Assembly (NCBI RefSeq): GCF_036321535.1
Contig: NC_087436.1
Coordinates: 89,530,001 to 89,594,000 of the forward strand
Reading direction: 5' to 3'
Origin: Camelus dromedarius
Taxonomy: Eukaryota
DNA: 64,000 bases
Part shown: in pieces, positions 23,740 to 36,759 of the stretch
Layout of the letters: every line of letters starts with the position of its first letter
Position numbering within the stretch: position 1 is the stretch's first letter
Notes under the pieces: generated by a model
The model's input: only the letters and a program-made list of their open reading frames with translations
Database searches by the model: none
What the model was told of the DNA's origin: nothing
Translations under genes and position numbers: made by a program

Positions 23740-26533
23740 CAAATCCTTTTATTTTTTCATAATTACTAACTTTACTTGGTTCCTCATCTCCACTGGCATT
23801 CCTCTCCACTCATATACATGTTAGACTTTGAGTTGAATGTATCGTTGAAAATTATATAGTGTTATTCTGTATATGTACGTGTTCATGTATTTTTAGTTTA
23901 CATAAATTATTATGAATCATCTTACTCTGTTTAATAGGTCTTCTACCCAACACTATGTTTTCTTGTGATTTATTAATTCTACTGTGCATCTAGTTTTATT
24001 CTTTTGATTGTTGCCTTGAGTTTCATCTCATGCATATGCCACATATTAGTCATCTAATCTCCTATGATTAACACTTAGTATTACGAGAAGAGGGTTTTGT
24101 AGGTCATATGCACATATATAATTTCACTAAGTACTTCCTGATTGCTTTTCAGAGTCAATTTATGGGGCTAGCAGCAAACCTGGCAGCTTAATTTCACCTT
24201 TATACTTTATAATATTTGGTACTACTCAACTTTTTGATTTTTGTCACTTTGAAAACTGGTATTTTGAAATTTGTTACTTTAGTAGTGACGATGAGCCTCT
24301 TTTTCAAACATGCAGTCTTTGTCCATTCTTTCTTTTGGGTTTCTTGTTTTTTCCTTATTAATTTTTGTAAGTTCCTTGTATAGCCTCAATACTTTGTGTA
24401 TTCTTAATACTTTGTTAATTTTAGACATTGCAAATATCCCTCCTGGTCTTCAATATCTTTTAACTTTGCTTATAGTATCCTTCATTGAACAAAATTCTTT
24501 TTTATATTTTGTCAAATTCAGTATTATTTTTTACTTTATGTCTTTCATAATCATATTTAATAAGGTATAATTTATATATAATAAAGTGCACCCATGTTAA
24601 GGGTACAGTATGAGGAGTTTTGATAAGTGTATACATCTGTATACTCATCACCACAATGAAGATATAGAAAATTTCCATCACCTCAAAAAGTTCCCGTGTG
24701 ACCCTTTGCAGTCAATTTCTGTCTTTGATCCCCTGCCCCAGATGACTAATGATCTGTTTTCTTTCACTAAAGATAAGTTTTGTTTCTTCTAGAATGTCAT
24801 ATAAATGAGATCACACAGTGTGCACATTCTGTTTGACTTCTTATACTCAACATGTTTTGAAAGAAATTAAAAGAAGAAAGTGTGTATATTTCTTTCTTTC
24901 TTCTTTCTTCTTCTTCCTCTTTTGTCTAGCTTCCCAGGCATTTTACCTGAACTTGCAGTTTAGCAATTAACCAAGAATTTTATGTGCATGGTTTGTACTC
25001 AGATTCTGGGGCTTAGCCAATCTGTTAGCTTTTTCTTCAATTATTGACTTTTGTTTTCTACTTCATTCTCTCATAATTGTGCATTACCTTGGTTAGTTTT
25101 CAAATGTGAAACCAATCCCTGATTCTGAGGTAATATCTACTTACATATGATTTATTTTCCTTTTTATATTTTTTGGATTTGATTGATTAATATATTGTTA
25201 AAGTTTTCAATGTTGATTTTTATGTAATTTTTTTCTCTAATAATGTTTTAGACCAGTTTTGGTTTCAGGGTAATTCTGGACTCAAAGGATTAGCTGTGAT
25301 TTATTTCCTCCTCTCACTGTTAAATTGTTTTGGCAGGATTGGTATTTCTTTTTTATATGTTTGGCCCTTCTAATAGGTATATGGTAATACTTCATTATGG
25401 TTTAAATTGTATTTTCCTAATTCTAAGGATGATGAGACTCTTTATGCTTATTTATCACCTAATATTTACTTTGGTGAAGTATCTGTTTAGGTATTTTACA
25501 TCTTTTTTAAAAAGTCTTTTGCTATTGTGTAGTTTTTCCCTTATTATTGAGTTTTAAAAAGTCTTAATATATTCTGTATACAAGTGTTTAATCATCTATG
25601 TGATTTGCAAATATTTTCTTCTAGTCTGTAGCTTGTCTTTTTTTTCTAACAGTTTCCTTTGCAAAAGCAAGTTTTAAATTTTCATGAAGTCCTAATTACC
25701 AAGTTTTTCTTTCTTTTATGTATGTTTCTTTTGGTGTCATAAAAATACTTACTACCAAACCTAAAGTCTTACAGGTGTTATTTTATTTGTCATTTCTTTT
25801 TTTCTAGAAATTTTATACTTTTACATTTTGCATTTACACCTGTGATCTATTACAAGTTAATTTTTGAAAAAGGTATGAGTTGTATGTTGAGGTTTATTTT
25901 TTTTAAATAAGGATGTCCAGCTGTTCTAGCAATAATTGTTGAAAAGACTATCCATTTTTATTAATTTGCTCTTGTAATTTTATCAAAAATCTATTGATTA
26001 TCTTCATTTGGATCTATTTCTGAACTTCCTGTTCTACTCCACTAACTTACGCCTGCTCTTTCACCAGCATCGCACTGCCATAATTGCTTTGGCTTTATAG
26101 TGTACGTCTTGAAATGGGGAGTGTAAGTCTTCCAACCTTGTTCTTCTTTAGGATTGTTTGATTAGTCTAGTTCCTTTGTCTTTTCATGTGAATTTTAGAA
26201 TCAGCTTAGCAAAATATACCAAAATACTTGCTGTGATTTTGGTTATGATTGCATTGAATTTGTAGATTAATTTTCTTAGAACTTACATCTATAATATATA
26301 TTGACTCTTTTAATCCACTTATATGGTATACTTCATTTATTTAGATCTTCTTTCATAACTTTTCATTAGTATTTTATAGTCTTCAGTATAGAGATATGAT
26401 GATTAATTTTGTGTTGACTAGGCTAGGCCACATTATCCAGATAAGTAATCAACACCAGTCTGAATGTCATTGTAAAGGTATTTTAAAGATGACATTAACA
26501 TTTAAATCATTAGGCTTCAACTAAAGCACATTA

Positions 26534-26579
<46 letters not shown>

Positions 26580-26790
26580 CCTCCCTCTATTGGTTCTATT
26601 TCTCTGGATAACTGGATTAATACATAGCTCTTACATATATTTGGTTACCTTATATATAAATAATTTTAGTGCTATTGTAAATGGGATTTTCTTTTTAAAA
26701 TTTTAATTGCTCATTGATGCTAAATAGTTTTTTCATTCACGTTTGTTTATTGGCATTTACCTTGCAACCTTGCTAAACTCACCTTATAAT
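23740..26790 (-). mobile_element. Cluster of nested/fragmented antisense L1 elements (L1ME/L1MC/L1MB-like)
   Basis: 3' UTR 'aaagtgcacccatgttaagggtacagtatgaggagttttgataa' (24580-24860); ORF2 antisense 'gatttgcaaatattttcttctagtctgtagcttgtc', 'ttgttgaaaagactatcc', 'gaattttagaatcagctt'. Confidence 0.85.
26395..26623 (+). mobile_element. MLT2-family (ERVL) LTR, internally deleted, containing (CA)n
   Basis: Start 'tgatgattaattttgtgttgactaggctaggccac'; end 'ctattggttctatttctctggataactggattaataca'; (CA)n at 26538-26577. Confidence 0.8.
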
Positions 26791-26829
26791 AAGAGGATCT
26801 TTTTTATAGGAGAAATATCAATAATGTAT

Positions 26830-27620
26830 CAGGATAGAATTCTGAAAATAGAATGCTGTTCTTCCCCAAGCCAGCACCGTGGTAGAAACTCTTTTAGGAT
26901 TTCCCCTGATTTTCCCAGTTAGCATCAGGTGAGTTTCCTGGAGAAAAAGCCTATAAAAGCATGGAACACACTGTACCTGTAGGCTGTCAGGGACTTCACA
27001 CTATAACACTGGCCCACATACAGCCTTTAGAAATTTGTTAAATATTACTACCTGAATCTTCTTACTAGTTTAAATGGCATATGATAGTATATGTGCCAGG
27101 TAAGCAAATGCTAGTCTTCCCTGTAGCACCTGTTTTCTCTCCAGATTTTAGGTTACAGGCGTACCTTGTTTTATTGCACTTTATTTACTTTATTACACTT
27201 TGGAAATAGTGTATTTTTTTTTTTTTTTTTACAAATTGAAGGTTTCTTGCAACCTTGCATTGTCAGATGGTGATTAGAATTTTTTAGTAATGAAGTATTT
27301 TTTAAATTAAGGTATGTATACTGCTTTTTTAGACGTAATTCTATGGCACATTCAATAGACTACAGTATAGTATAAACAATTTTTATATGCACTGGGAAAC
27401 CAAAAAAGTCATGTGACTTGCTTTATTGCAGTATTTGTTTTATTGTGGTGGTTTGGAACCAAACCAGCTATATCTTTAAGAAATAGCTGTTTGTATTGAG
27501 ACCTCAGTTATCTGATAGGTTAAAGAAAATTATTAATTTGCTGTTTGTCTAATTTTTGTTTGCACTTTTCTTATGTAAAGGTGGGAGTGAGGCTTTTTCC
27601 AGTTCTTTTGATCTCTAAGC
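26830..27620 (-). mobile_element. Old L1 5'-region fragment split by a Tigger1 insertion
   Basis: 'gccaggtaagcaaatgct...ttttctctccagattttagg' [Tigger1] 'gtttgtattgagacctcagttatctgataggt...ggtgggagtgaggctttttccag'. Confidence 0.6.
27156..27489 (+). mobile_element. Internally deleted Tigger1 DNA transposon
   Basis: Left end 'ta|caggcgtaccttgttttattgcacttt'; right end 'gcactgggaaaccaaaaaagtcatgtgacttgctttattgc...gtggtttggaaccaaacc'. Confidence 0.9.
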
Positions 27621-28541
27621 TACTTTTTAAATATATTAGTGTATTGTTATATAATAATTTATGTTAGCATCCATGAACACCCCTTATCCAAGTTTAGAGT
27701 CTGGATTTTACTAGGCCCATAAAGTAAGCTAGTAGCATCATGTATTTATTTTTTTTCTGTAGGAATTTATATGACATAGACATTATTTTGTTGTTGTTGT
27801 TGTTTAAATGATATGATTGTGGAAAACTTATAGGTTGTTTTTATGTTTTCGTAAAGGCAGTTCTTTTAATAAAATGTCATTTCGTTTAGATTTTTTGTGA
27901 GTTAATGTTTTCTGTTTCTGTGCCAATTTGGCATGGTGCTGCTGTTTTCCTGCCTGTGACAATAGTTGGGCAAAAATTCATCTAGGTCACGCGGGAGAAA
28001 AAAATACACAAATAGATATTTGTCCCTATTCTATGCCCTGTAGCCCTCTCCCCACCTGCACCTCCTTCATGTTATTTTTTGTCTCCCCAAGGGTTTCTCG
28101 TAGTTTCTATGTTGTATTCTGGGCTTTTCAGAATCATGTCTTCTCCCTTTTGAAGCATATCCCATGTTGGTTTTGTGAAAGGGATCAAATTCATGTTAGC
28201 GGCTTCTACCTTGAGAAACAGAAGCTTTCATGTTTTCTATTAAAAACATTTAAAGAAATTGAGTTCTTAAAGTGTATTAAACACTTGGCAGATTTTTGGC
28301 AATGTAAGAGAGATTTACTTCATGATTTCTGTTTCCTAGAGTTAGTTTATAATATGGTATGGTTAATCAACAGAGATTCCTCCATATTCTATTATCATTC
28401 GGAGTATTTCAAATTGATAATAAATATTTGAAATTGATAATAAATTGATAATATGGATGCTAACATAACTTACTATATAACAATGCACAATATATTTAAA
28501 AATAGCTTAGAGATCAAAAGAACTGGAAAGAGCCTCACTCC
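27584..28541. repeat. Inverted duplication: ~90-bp arms (27584-27674 and 28453-28541), ~780-bp spacer
   Basis: 'ggagtgaggctttttccagttcttttgatctctaagctac...tatgttagcatccat' is the reverse complement of 'atggatgctaacataac...tagcttagagatcaaaagaactggaaagagcctcactcc', with a few mismatches and indels. Confidence 0.95.
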
Positions 28542-29529
28542 AATGATTATTATTCAATTTACACATTTGAATAACATTTTAGAGTTTATATTGCTTATAC
28601 TTTTTCTGCAAGTGTGATATAAGGTACTGTTGTCCACATATCCAAAATCAGAATTTAATTTTCAGAAGGACTAAATGATCTACTTAATATAAAAAAGTAA
28701 ATGATAGAGTAACCATCAGATCTGCATGTTCCAAATCCAGTCCTTGTTTTGCTAAAAAGACTGCTATGTGGGATCACCCTTCTTCGGTTATTGTGTTGTG
28801 TCTTATGTCTATTTACGCACAGACTGTAACACATAGACTCAAAAATATTAAAGGATTCACTGAAAACTTCACAGAATATTGCTGCCAAATAGAGCTCATG
28901 TTTTCTTCCAGAATAGTAATTTCTGTCAGAAGGAATTATCTGTGCTATCTAATATTATTTTCTTTGATGAGAGTAACTGAATTCTCTCTGGTGCAATTTT
29001 CAAAGAGTCTCTCCTAGCTTTTACCTCATATTTTCCTGTTGAATTTATATGATACCTTATTAAAAAATAATTAATTAAAAATCCATATTTGAGTTGAATT
29101 CAGAACAGAAGACCTTCAACTAAAACAACCAGGTTTGAAACTCAGAGGTGATTTTTAAGTAAGCAAAGTCAGCAAGAGGTAGTGGATCTGATTTTGGTAT
29201 GCATGAAAATTCATTGGCAAACCTGTTAAAATTCAGAGTCCTTGGCTTCAACTGTAGTAATTCTGGTTGGCTTTCTGTGATAGGCTATTGTATCTAAATT
29301 TTTAACTCTAACCTTGTATTGTACCACTGTTTGAGATACAGTGCCTAACTTGCTGCTTGGCGTTAGCAAAAAGCAAGTCATCAGATTAGTTAGAAGGTTA
29401 TTTTAATTTGAATACCTAGCAGTCAACCTTACAGAGATGGTGCGGTTGCATTTTGAAATGAAGACAGTTAGTTGAAAGTTCTGGAATTTGGCCCTAATTT
29501 CTTAGTTTCTCTTTGGGACTGGATCAGGA

Positions 29530-29720
29530 TTTCCTGTCACTACTCTGCTTTGCATTAGTGTTTAAACATGGTCTGTAATCTTTATTTGTTGCCTTTATTG
29601 ATTTCTCTACCTGTGGACTGTAAGCTTCCTGAGAGTGAGGGTTGGTCTGCTCTTCTGCTTCCAGCCCTTAGCACGGGAGCTTTAATACACATGTGTAGCA
29701 AGAATAAAGGAGATGCGACC
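29530..29720 (+). mobile_element. L2 3' end
   Basis: 'tggactgtaagcttcctgagagtgaggg...ccagcccctagcacgg...tttaatacacatgtg'. Confidence 0.65.
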
Positions 29721-31229
29721 CTAAAGTGGTACCACGAAAGGGGCTTTTGATGAAAACATGAATGAAGAAGTTCCCCAAATCAAATTTACCCTCATTTGTT
29801 AATTTTTTCCTGTGAGAAATACTGTTCAATAATCCCTATTATGCAAGCAGTTCTATTACTTGTCAGCCAAGGGAAGCTAACATGCTATTAAAAGAAAAAA
29901 ACTTTTAAAAAGGGCAAAATTTGAGGTGATCGTGAACATGTTAAAGTAACTCTGAAAACATAGCATTTATTTATTCAGTTATTTATTAATTGTTATTGAG
30001 CACTTAGATAAAGCACCATGTATACATTAATAGGTAGAAATAACGGAGACTTCATTTTTGAGGCTTACAGTATTTGAGGGAAGACAGATAGCAAAACGAG
30101 TAATTAAAGCAAAGTAGGGGCTTTCTGCAATGTTGAAATGTCTGAAATAGCACAACAGAGGTGTTCATGGCACAGATGAGACAGATATGCCGTCTGTGGT
30201 CCATTTCATGCAGATGATAACACATCTGTATGCCAAGTCAAAGGGCCCTGCTCATAATAATGAGCACATTCTGTGTATTTATTTGTCTTCCCATTGCATC
30301 GAAAGATGCTTTAAGTCTAGGAGTCTGTCTTTTATGCTCATGTATTCTTTACAAAGTTCACTGCAATGCTTTGAATTGAGTGAAACTCCAATTAAAAAAC
30401 AATGACAAACTGACCCTTCCTACCTTCTGGATGTGCAAAGGATTAATAAGACAATAAATTCAGTAAAGGTTACTATGTACATACAGGAGCATTAGATAGT
30501 TGAGAATTGAAATACAGTTTTTCTCTTTACTCATTCTCACTTGTGCAACCATTCAAGATTCTTTCAAACAGTCCATTCTGGCAGGGATGCCAGTGCAGTG
30601 ACCCTTTGTAAGGGATACAAGACCCACTGGAAACCACTGCACAGTATTTTGAGAAGAAATCTTTTAAAATGTTGATTATTTTTGAAATTTAAATTTCTAA
30701 TCAGTTCTTGTTCTGTGTTCTGCTGAGAAATGTGTAGGTTCAAAGAGTTATTCAAACATCTCATGTACAAAGCAAGTTCTGAAGTCGAGGAAGAAAATGT
30801 GTTTGAAGAAGGTCTCAATGGGGTGACCCTCCAACTCGTCTCAGTACCAAAAATGTAATCTACTGAGATGCTTAGTGTATTTGGCTTTCTTTCAGCTGTC
30901 CCACTTTTCGGCTTTTTCCCCGTCTCCCGGTTTTCTTTAAATTTCATTGAACCTGACTCTGCAACCAGACTCTAAGCCTCTTTGTGCTATTTTTGCTTTA
31001 ACTTCATCATGTTTCCTCAAGAGGGTAAAGTATTTCAGAAAGTGCTATTTACTCTGTGACCTAGGATTATGCCTTGATTATGTAATTATTCAGAGTGTTT
31101 AGAGCCCATAGACAATGAATTAAAAGTTGCCCAATTAAAAAATATCAGAGAGAAGTTAAAAAAAAAAAAAAAGAAAAAGCGCAGTGACAGTGAGAATGTT
31201 AATATTCACATCATGCTTGAGTTTATTCA

Positions 31230-31460
31230 GCATGTTATAGTGGAGAGGACATAAACTTGAGGGACTGATGGGGTGAACGGTGAAGCTGGCTTAGCTATTG
31301 ATCTTATAGCTGTACTGAAATTTCCAGAGCCTCAACTTCTTCATCAATAACAAGTGAGTAATGACTCTACCTGTATCACAGATTGTTAGAATGGAATAAA
31401 ATAATCCACACATCACTTAGCAGAATGTCTGGCTCTTGGTAGCATCTAATGTGTTAGGTT
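31230..31460 (+). mobile_element. MIR SINE
   Basis: 'agagcctcaacttcttcatcaataacaagtgagtaat...gattgttagaatggaataaaataat'. Confidence 0.6.
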
Positions 31461-32079
31461 CTTTCTAATTCTTCTTTTCCTCTCTTCCATCCACACACAG
31501 GTTACACCAAAGAGACTCTAACATAGAACGACAGCATGTTATCAGTCAACCATTTCATCTGTAGAAATGAGGTTTAAAATTCACTCACTTCCACTCGATC
31601 CCCTTTCTTCTTTTCTGTCTCTTGTCTTAGCTTCCCACTTATGAGCTGTTGCCTGAAAACACTGAGCTAAGAGTGAATGGCTCTTTCTCTCCATGTACAC
31701 TAAATCTAAAAGGCAAAATGAAGCAAAATCCTGAATCTAACTCTCACTTTAAAAAAGTTCTCAGAGGCTCAAAAACAAGCTACAAGGCATTCAAAATAGG
31801 ATCTCAATCAATAAATTGCGATATCACAGCAACCGCTTGCTAGCTGGATGCCTCTTACATTGGTCCACTTCTAGTCCACACACAGCCAGGATCACAGCGA
31901 AAACGAATCAGTGAGTTAGGCAATATTCTGCTTCAAGTGAATGCTGAGATTTTACGAATTCTTTATTATTATGCAGTTGACTATCTTTCTGGCTGTGAAA
32001 AAACATCCTGATGCAAGCATGATATTATTTTGAAATTAAATATTTTTGAAACTAAATAATACTTTGAACATTTGATTTA

Positions 32080-32530
32080 CATTTCTGCTCTGTACAAGAT
32101 ATTTTGCAGAGGATTAAAAAACATCTAGACACCAATCATGTTTCAAGATGATTACAATATAGTAACAAATTGATAACTATTAAGTAACTATAATGCAGAG
32201 TAGATCATTTTAAGAGTTTTTAATAACATACTGTGAGAATTCAGAGAAGAGTATGATTACTTCAGTTTAGGTTTAAGGTAGGGTGCAATTCTTTGAAAAA
32301 TGGTAGCATTTTACATGTCCATTAAAATATAGAAGATTTAGAAAAAAGAATAGAAAAAAAGAAAGGGCATCCTGGCAAGGGAACAGCGTAGGCAAAGAAC
32401 TGGAGGCCAGAGAAGATGAAGCATGTATTAACAATGGCAAAGAAACCCAATGTGCATGAGGCCTAAGGAGAGAATATGAGTTCAGGTTTGACTGTATCAT
32501 TAAGGACATTGAATACCAAGCTACAACTTG
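32080..32530 (-). mobile_element. L2 LINE fragment
   Basis: 'gggcatcctggcaagggaacagcgtaggcaaagaactggagg'. Confidence 0.65.
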
Positions 32531-34321
32531 TTTCCTTCACATGTATTCATGAATACAGCAATTTTACATGCTGTTGTAATTACAGGGTGTAGCCTCAGTC
32601 TTCTATTTACTGTATATCATTTACATATATTTAATTGTCCAGTGAACTAACTGAGGAGTGGCCAGCATTAGTGGAGGATGTAAGGAGAGCTACATATTCA
32701 TTTCTCCTGATGTCATCAAGTTTTTATTTTAAATGAGATAAACTCAGATTTTTTATTTACATTAAAAATCTGACAGTCACAAGTTTCACTTTACTCCCAT
32801 GCATAAGAGAGAAGAGGCAAGTGTCACTGATCTTCTCGTAGTTGATGAATTTTACAAGTATTAATTTGGTACCTTTCCAAAACAGAAATGTCAATTTAAA
32901 TATATCCAGGGAAACAAAAAGTGTTACCTACTAAGACAACCAATCTGCATTACAGACATTTTAGAGGTTAAAGCTTACTTTCCCAGGGCACTGCAACATT
33001 CTTAGAAGCCCTGATATCACAAAAATTCTTGAAATAATACTTCCAAGGGCAGTTTTATAAATAGAAAATAAAAGGATTACACATTTCCCCCAACCTGAAC
33101 AAGAAAGTAAAAATTTTAAGTTCGTAATTCACTACTTGAACAGAATTGAATCTGCATATCTGCAGTTATAAGTGAAGACAGAACATACCCTCCTTCCTAA
33201 TTTGCTGAGATTTCTTTTACTAACGTCAGGGCAGTCTTTAATTTCCAAAGCTAAGCTCCAGAATTTTCTTGGTTAGCGCTGAGGAGAGGCATAGGGAAGG
33301 TAGATCTAAAATGCACGAGATGTACAATATAAAAAGGGAAAGGCTATATTAGAATTACTTACATGTAGGATTGTTAATGATCACTTTGCAGGCCATGATG
33401 ATGAAATATGACATCACGAGTTCTATCTGAATAGTCAGTGCAATGTGAATTTAATAGACATAGATTTGTTCATATTTATTCTACAACATTAATTGATAAT
33501 TTATTGATCCTTTAAAAGAAGAGTCTAACTTCAACTCCAACTGTAGATAATTTTTATTTACTATCTGAATAATTTGTATACTTCTGAGTAACATTTTTCT
33601 TAAACCAAATCAATATACTAACAAAATAAAAGAATGATAGGATTGTTAGAATGTTTTATTACCAACATACAAATTCTTGTGTGAACAATCATAACTAATG
33701 CTGATATCTCTTCAACAAAAGTGTCCAATGGCAGTTAACTCATCAGTAATGCACAGTCAAAAATGATGAATCTTGCAAAATAATCTTTGAAATCATTTAT
33801 TGCCAAGAACCTTAAAACATATCATCATTCCTTAGTATGAGTTATAACTCTTACTTCACATGTACATGTCTAAAGAAGAAAGCTTTTCTAAGGTGCTTTT
33901 AATTTTAAAAAAATAGCTATAGGGTTAGTTCATTTCCTAAAGGAAACTTTTTTTTTTTTATAAATTTTATAAAATGTTCTGTAATTTGCACTCAGATCAA
34001 CTATATATTTTTCAGTCGTACCTTTTCAATAGGAAGATGGTTACATCCAGGAAAGACACATTTAAAGAGACACATTACAGATCACTTCTCCCAGGCTGAT
34101 ACACCTAAAGAAAAGCTGAATGATGTATTACCTCACATAAGCCAACTTCTCCAGTGAACTGCAGAAAACAAGATGGATGTCTGCATCTGTAATCTGCAAC
34201 ACTACAAGTGTGGTATCCAATGACAGGCCAATTATTAGCCAAATAAGAAGTGTTTTTTAAAAGTGTGTTAGATGACTAAAGAGTTATCAAATTAACCTCA
34301 AAATTCAGATGCAGCTAATGA

Positions 34322-34697
34322 TGTTATAGATATTGCTGGTTGCTGGCCAAAATGGATGTTCTAATCTTTCTGGTCACACTGGTAGGGATTTGCCAAGCTT
34401 TCTGGCAAATAGGCACGTTCATGTGACTGAATGCCAGTAAATGGAATGGGAGCAAAAGTAAGACATGCCACTTACAGGCTGGAAAATGAAATACAACTTC
34501 TCATGTATGTGCCTCCATGCTTATTGCTGCTTTCAGCAGCCTGAAATTGAGACTTCATTTTGCATGGGACGTCAGTCCCACTGTTCACCTGTCTAGTGCT
34601 TTTAAGTGAGCAGGAAATACATTTCTAATATGTTTCACTCATACTATATTTTGGAGTTTATTTGTTATAGTTTATTAAGGCTATCCTAGTTCATATA
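34322..34697 (+). mobile_element. MaLR LTR (MLT1H/I-like)
   Basis: 'catgtgactgaatgccagtaaatggaatgggagcaaaagta...gagcaggaaatacatttcta...tttatttgttatag'. Confidence 0.7.
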
Positions 34698-35639
34698 AAT
34701 GCTTATCATCATAATTGAACAGAATGTAAATTTGATTCAATACTGAAAATAGGGGAGCCATACAGTTTAGGTCCACATTTATTAAAAAGAACAGAAAACA
34801 GAACTAACTAATAATGGTTACATGAAGATATGAAAGAGTATTCCTTTTATTTTATCTTTTATTTTTCATGATGTGAAAGTCACTCATTAGCATTGTGATT
34901 TTATCTTTCCATCTGGAGGCCCCAAGCCATGCTTTTTGTCATTTGACTTTGTTAGTTATATGGGCATGAAATATTAAAATGGAGTATTGAGATATAGATA
35001 CCTATTACCTGTTACCATAGAGATGAATAAAAGGAGGAAGATTGCAAGGGCATATTTAGGACCAATACGTTAAGAGCCAGCATGAATCCACATAACATAG
35101 AATAGCAACCAAGAAATAAGATGAACACACAATGACAAGAAGACTGAATTTGAACCAAACAAACATTTCTTATGAGGCAAATTACAAAAGCACAGACCAC
35201 ACCTCTGAGATGTGTGTGTGTGTGGGGGGTGTGTGTGTGTGCATGACTGTCCATATTAAGCATACATGCTCTGCCAAGAATTAGGAAGATAAAGGAAGAA
35301 AGAAAAGACCTGAACCCCACAAAAGTGATCAAATTATAAGGTGTTCAAGACATCTGGTAAAGGGCTTGTATCTTCCCATCTCTTCAAATATTTAAAGGTT
35401 ACTTGAAGACATGAAGGGTACTCTTTTACTTTTATTATTTTAAAACAACATCTATTAGAGGCAGAAAGGAGTAACAACGCATAAAAGATTTTATTTATCT
35501 ATGAAAATCCACAAAGTGGCTGAAAATGTGAGGAGAAAGGAGGACATAGCATGAAGACAAATGGAGAGAACCAAACCAGACAAAAAGGAGAAGGAAACAG
35601 AAAAAAAAAATCATTAAAACATTAGATTTGAAATCTTTA

Positions 35640-35850
35640 AAAATCTAGGTTCAGTTTCTGTATCTCCCATTTGTTGGCCATGTAACCTTTGATTTCACCA
35701 GTCTTACTTTTAGTAGTCCCATCTGTGAAAAAGGAACAAGAATTCTTGATATATTGACCTTGCAGGATTGTAATGAAGATGAAATAAGGTAATAGATATG
35801 AAGAACTTTACAACCTATAGAACATAGTCTTATACACATAAAGTTTCTAG
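35640..35850 (+). mobile_element. MIR SINE
   Basis: 'cccatctgtgaaaaaggaacaagaat...gaccttgcaggattgtaatgaagatgaaataag'. Confidence 0.7.
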
Positions 35851-36617
35851 AGTATGTTCTTTAATTAACATGTAGCATTTTGAGTCTTTTGGGAAGGAAT
35901 ATATTTATATTTTCCCAGTAGAGACCTCAAATTAGCACAGTGGCAAAATTCAGTACGGAAAATAGCTTTAGAAAGTCTCATTCTGATTTTTCTTTAAAAA
36001 TTAGGGGAGTGTAAACTATAATAAATATTTGAGTTTCTTCATGGACAACTTTATCTATTGGAAAGTAGAAAAAGCAATCAAGTGAATTAGGCTTAATTTT
36101 TGGCCAAAGAGCAAGAACAGTTGTGATATGAGAGCACCGGGGACATGGAAAGAAAGTGTCCAAGTTATCTGAGAATAAAGACAGGTACTATAGTTATAAG
36201 TGCTAAATAAACATGTTTGGGGTGGGGGGAAGGGGGAGAAAATGTAAAAATATTGCATGATCTGAGACTCTTAAAGGAACATTGGCTCAAGATAGATGAA
36301 AATCTTTGAAATATTGACTATAGTGAAATAAAATATTTGATGGAGAGGTCAGAAGCATGGTAACTGGATTGTTGTAACTGTACAGGGAACACTAATTGAA
36401 CTCAAATTTTTAATAAAGATCTAGAGAAAAGATGAAAAGAGGATCAGTTAACCACACAGCTCATGAAGGAATAGCAAGCAGAGCCCAGAATGAGCTACAG
36501 TTTGAGAAAAGTGCTCAATATAAGACTCAGGGAACTTCAGTTAGAGTAATTCTAAACTCCCTACCAATGCTAAGATTCTGCAGTTCTAATTGGAATTAGA
36601 ATCAGTTCATTCTAGAG

Positions 36618-36759
36618 TAGAGTTGCTAAATTTAACAAATAAAATACAGAATTATTTTGAATTTGAATTTTAGATAAACAATGATTAGATTTGAATTTTA
36701 GTTAAATAATGAAGTTTTTTTTACATAAGTCCATACCAAATATTTTATCTGGCAACCTT
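36618..36759. mobile_element. MER53-like palindromic DNA element, partially deleted
   Basis: Ends 'agagttgctaaatttaacaaataaaatacag' and 'attttatctggcaacct'; internal 'tttgaattttagataaacaatga'. Confidence 0.75.

Noticed and set aside
27928..28431. Longest ORF (167 aa)
   Set aside because: Non-ATG start, F/L/C-rich composition typical of AT-rich decayed repeat DNA, no recognisable domain
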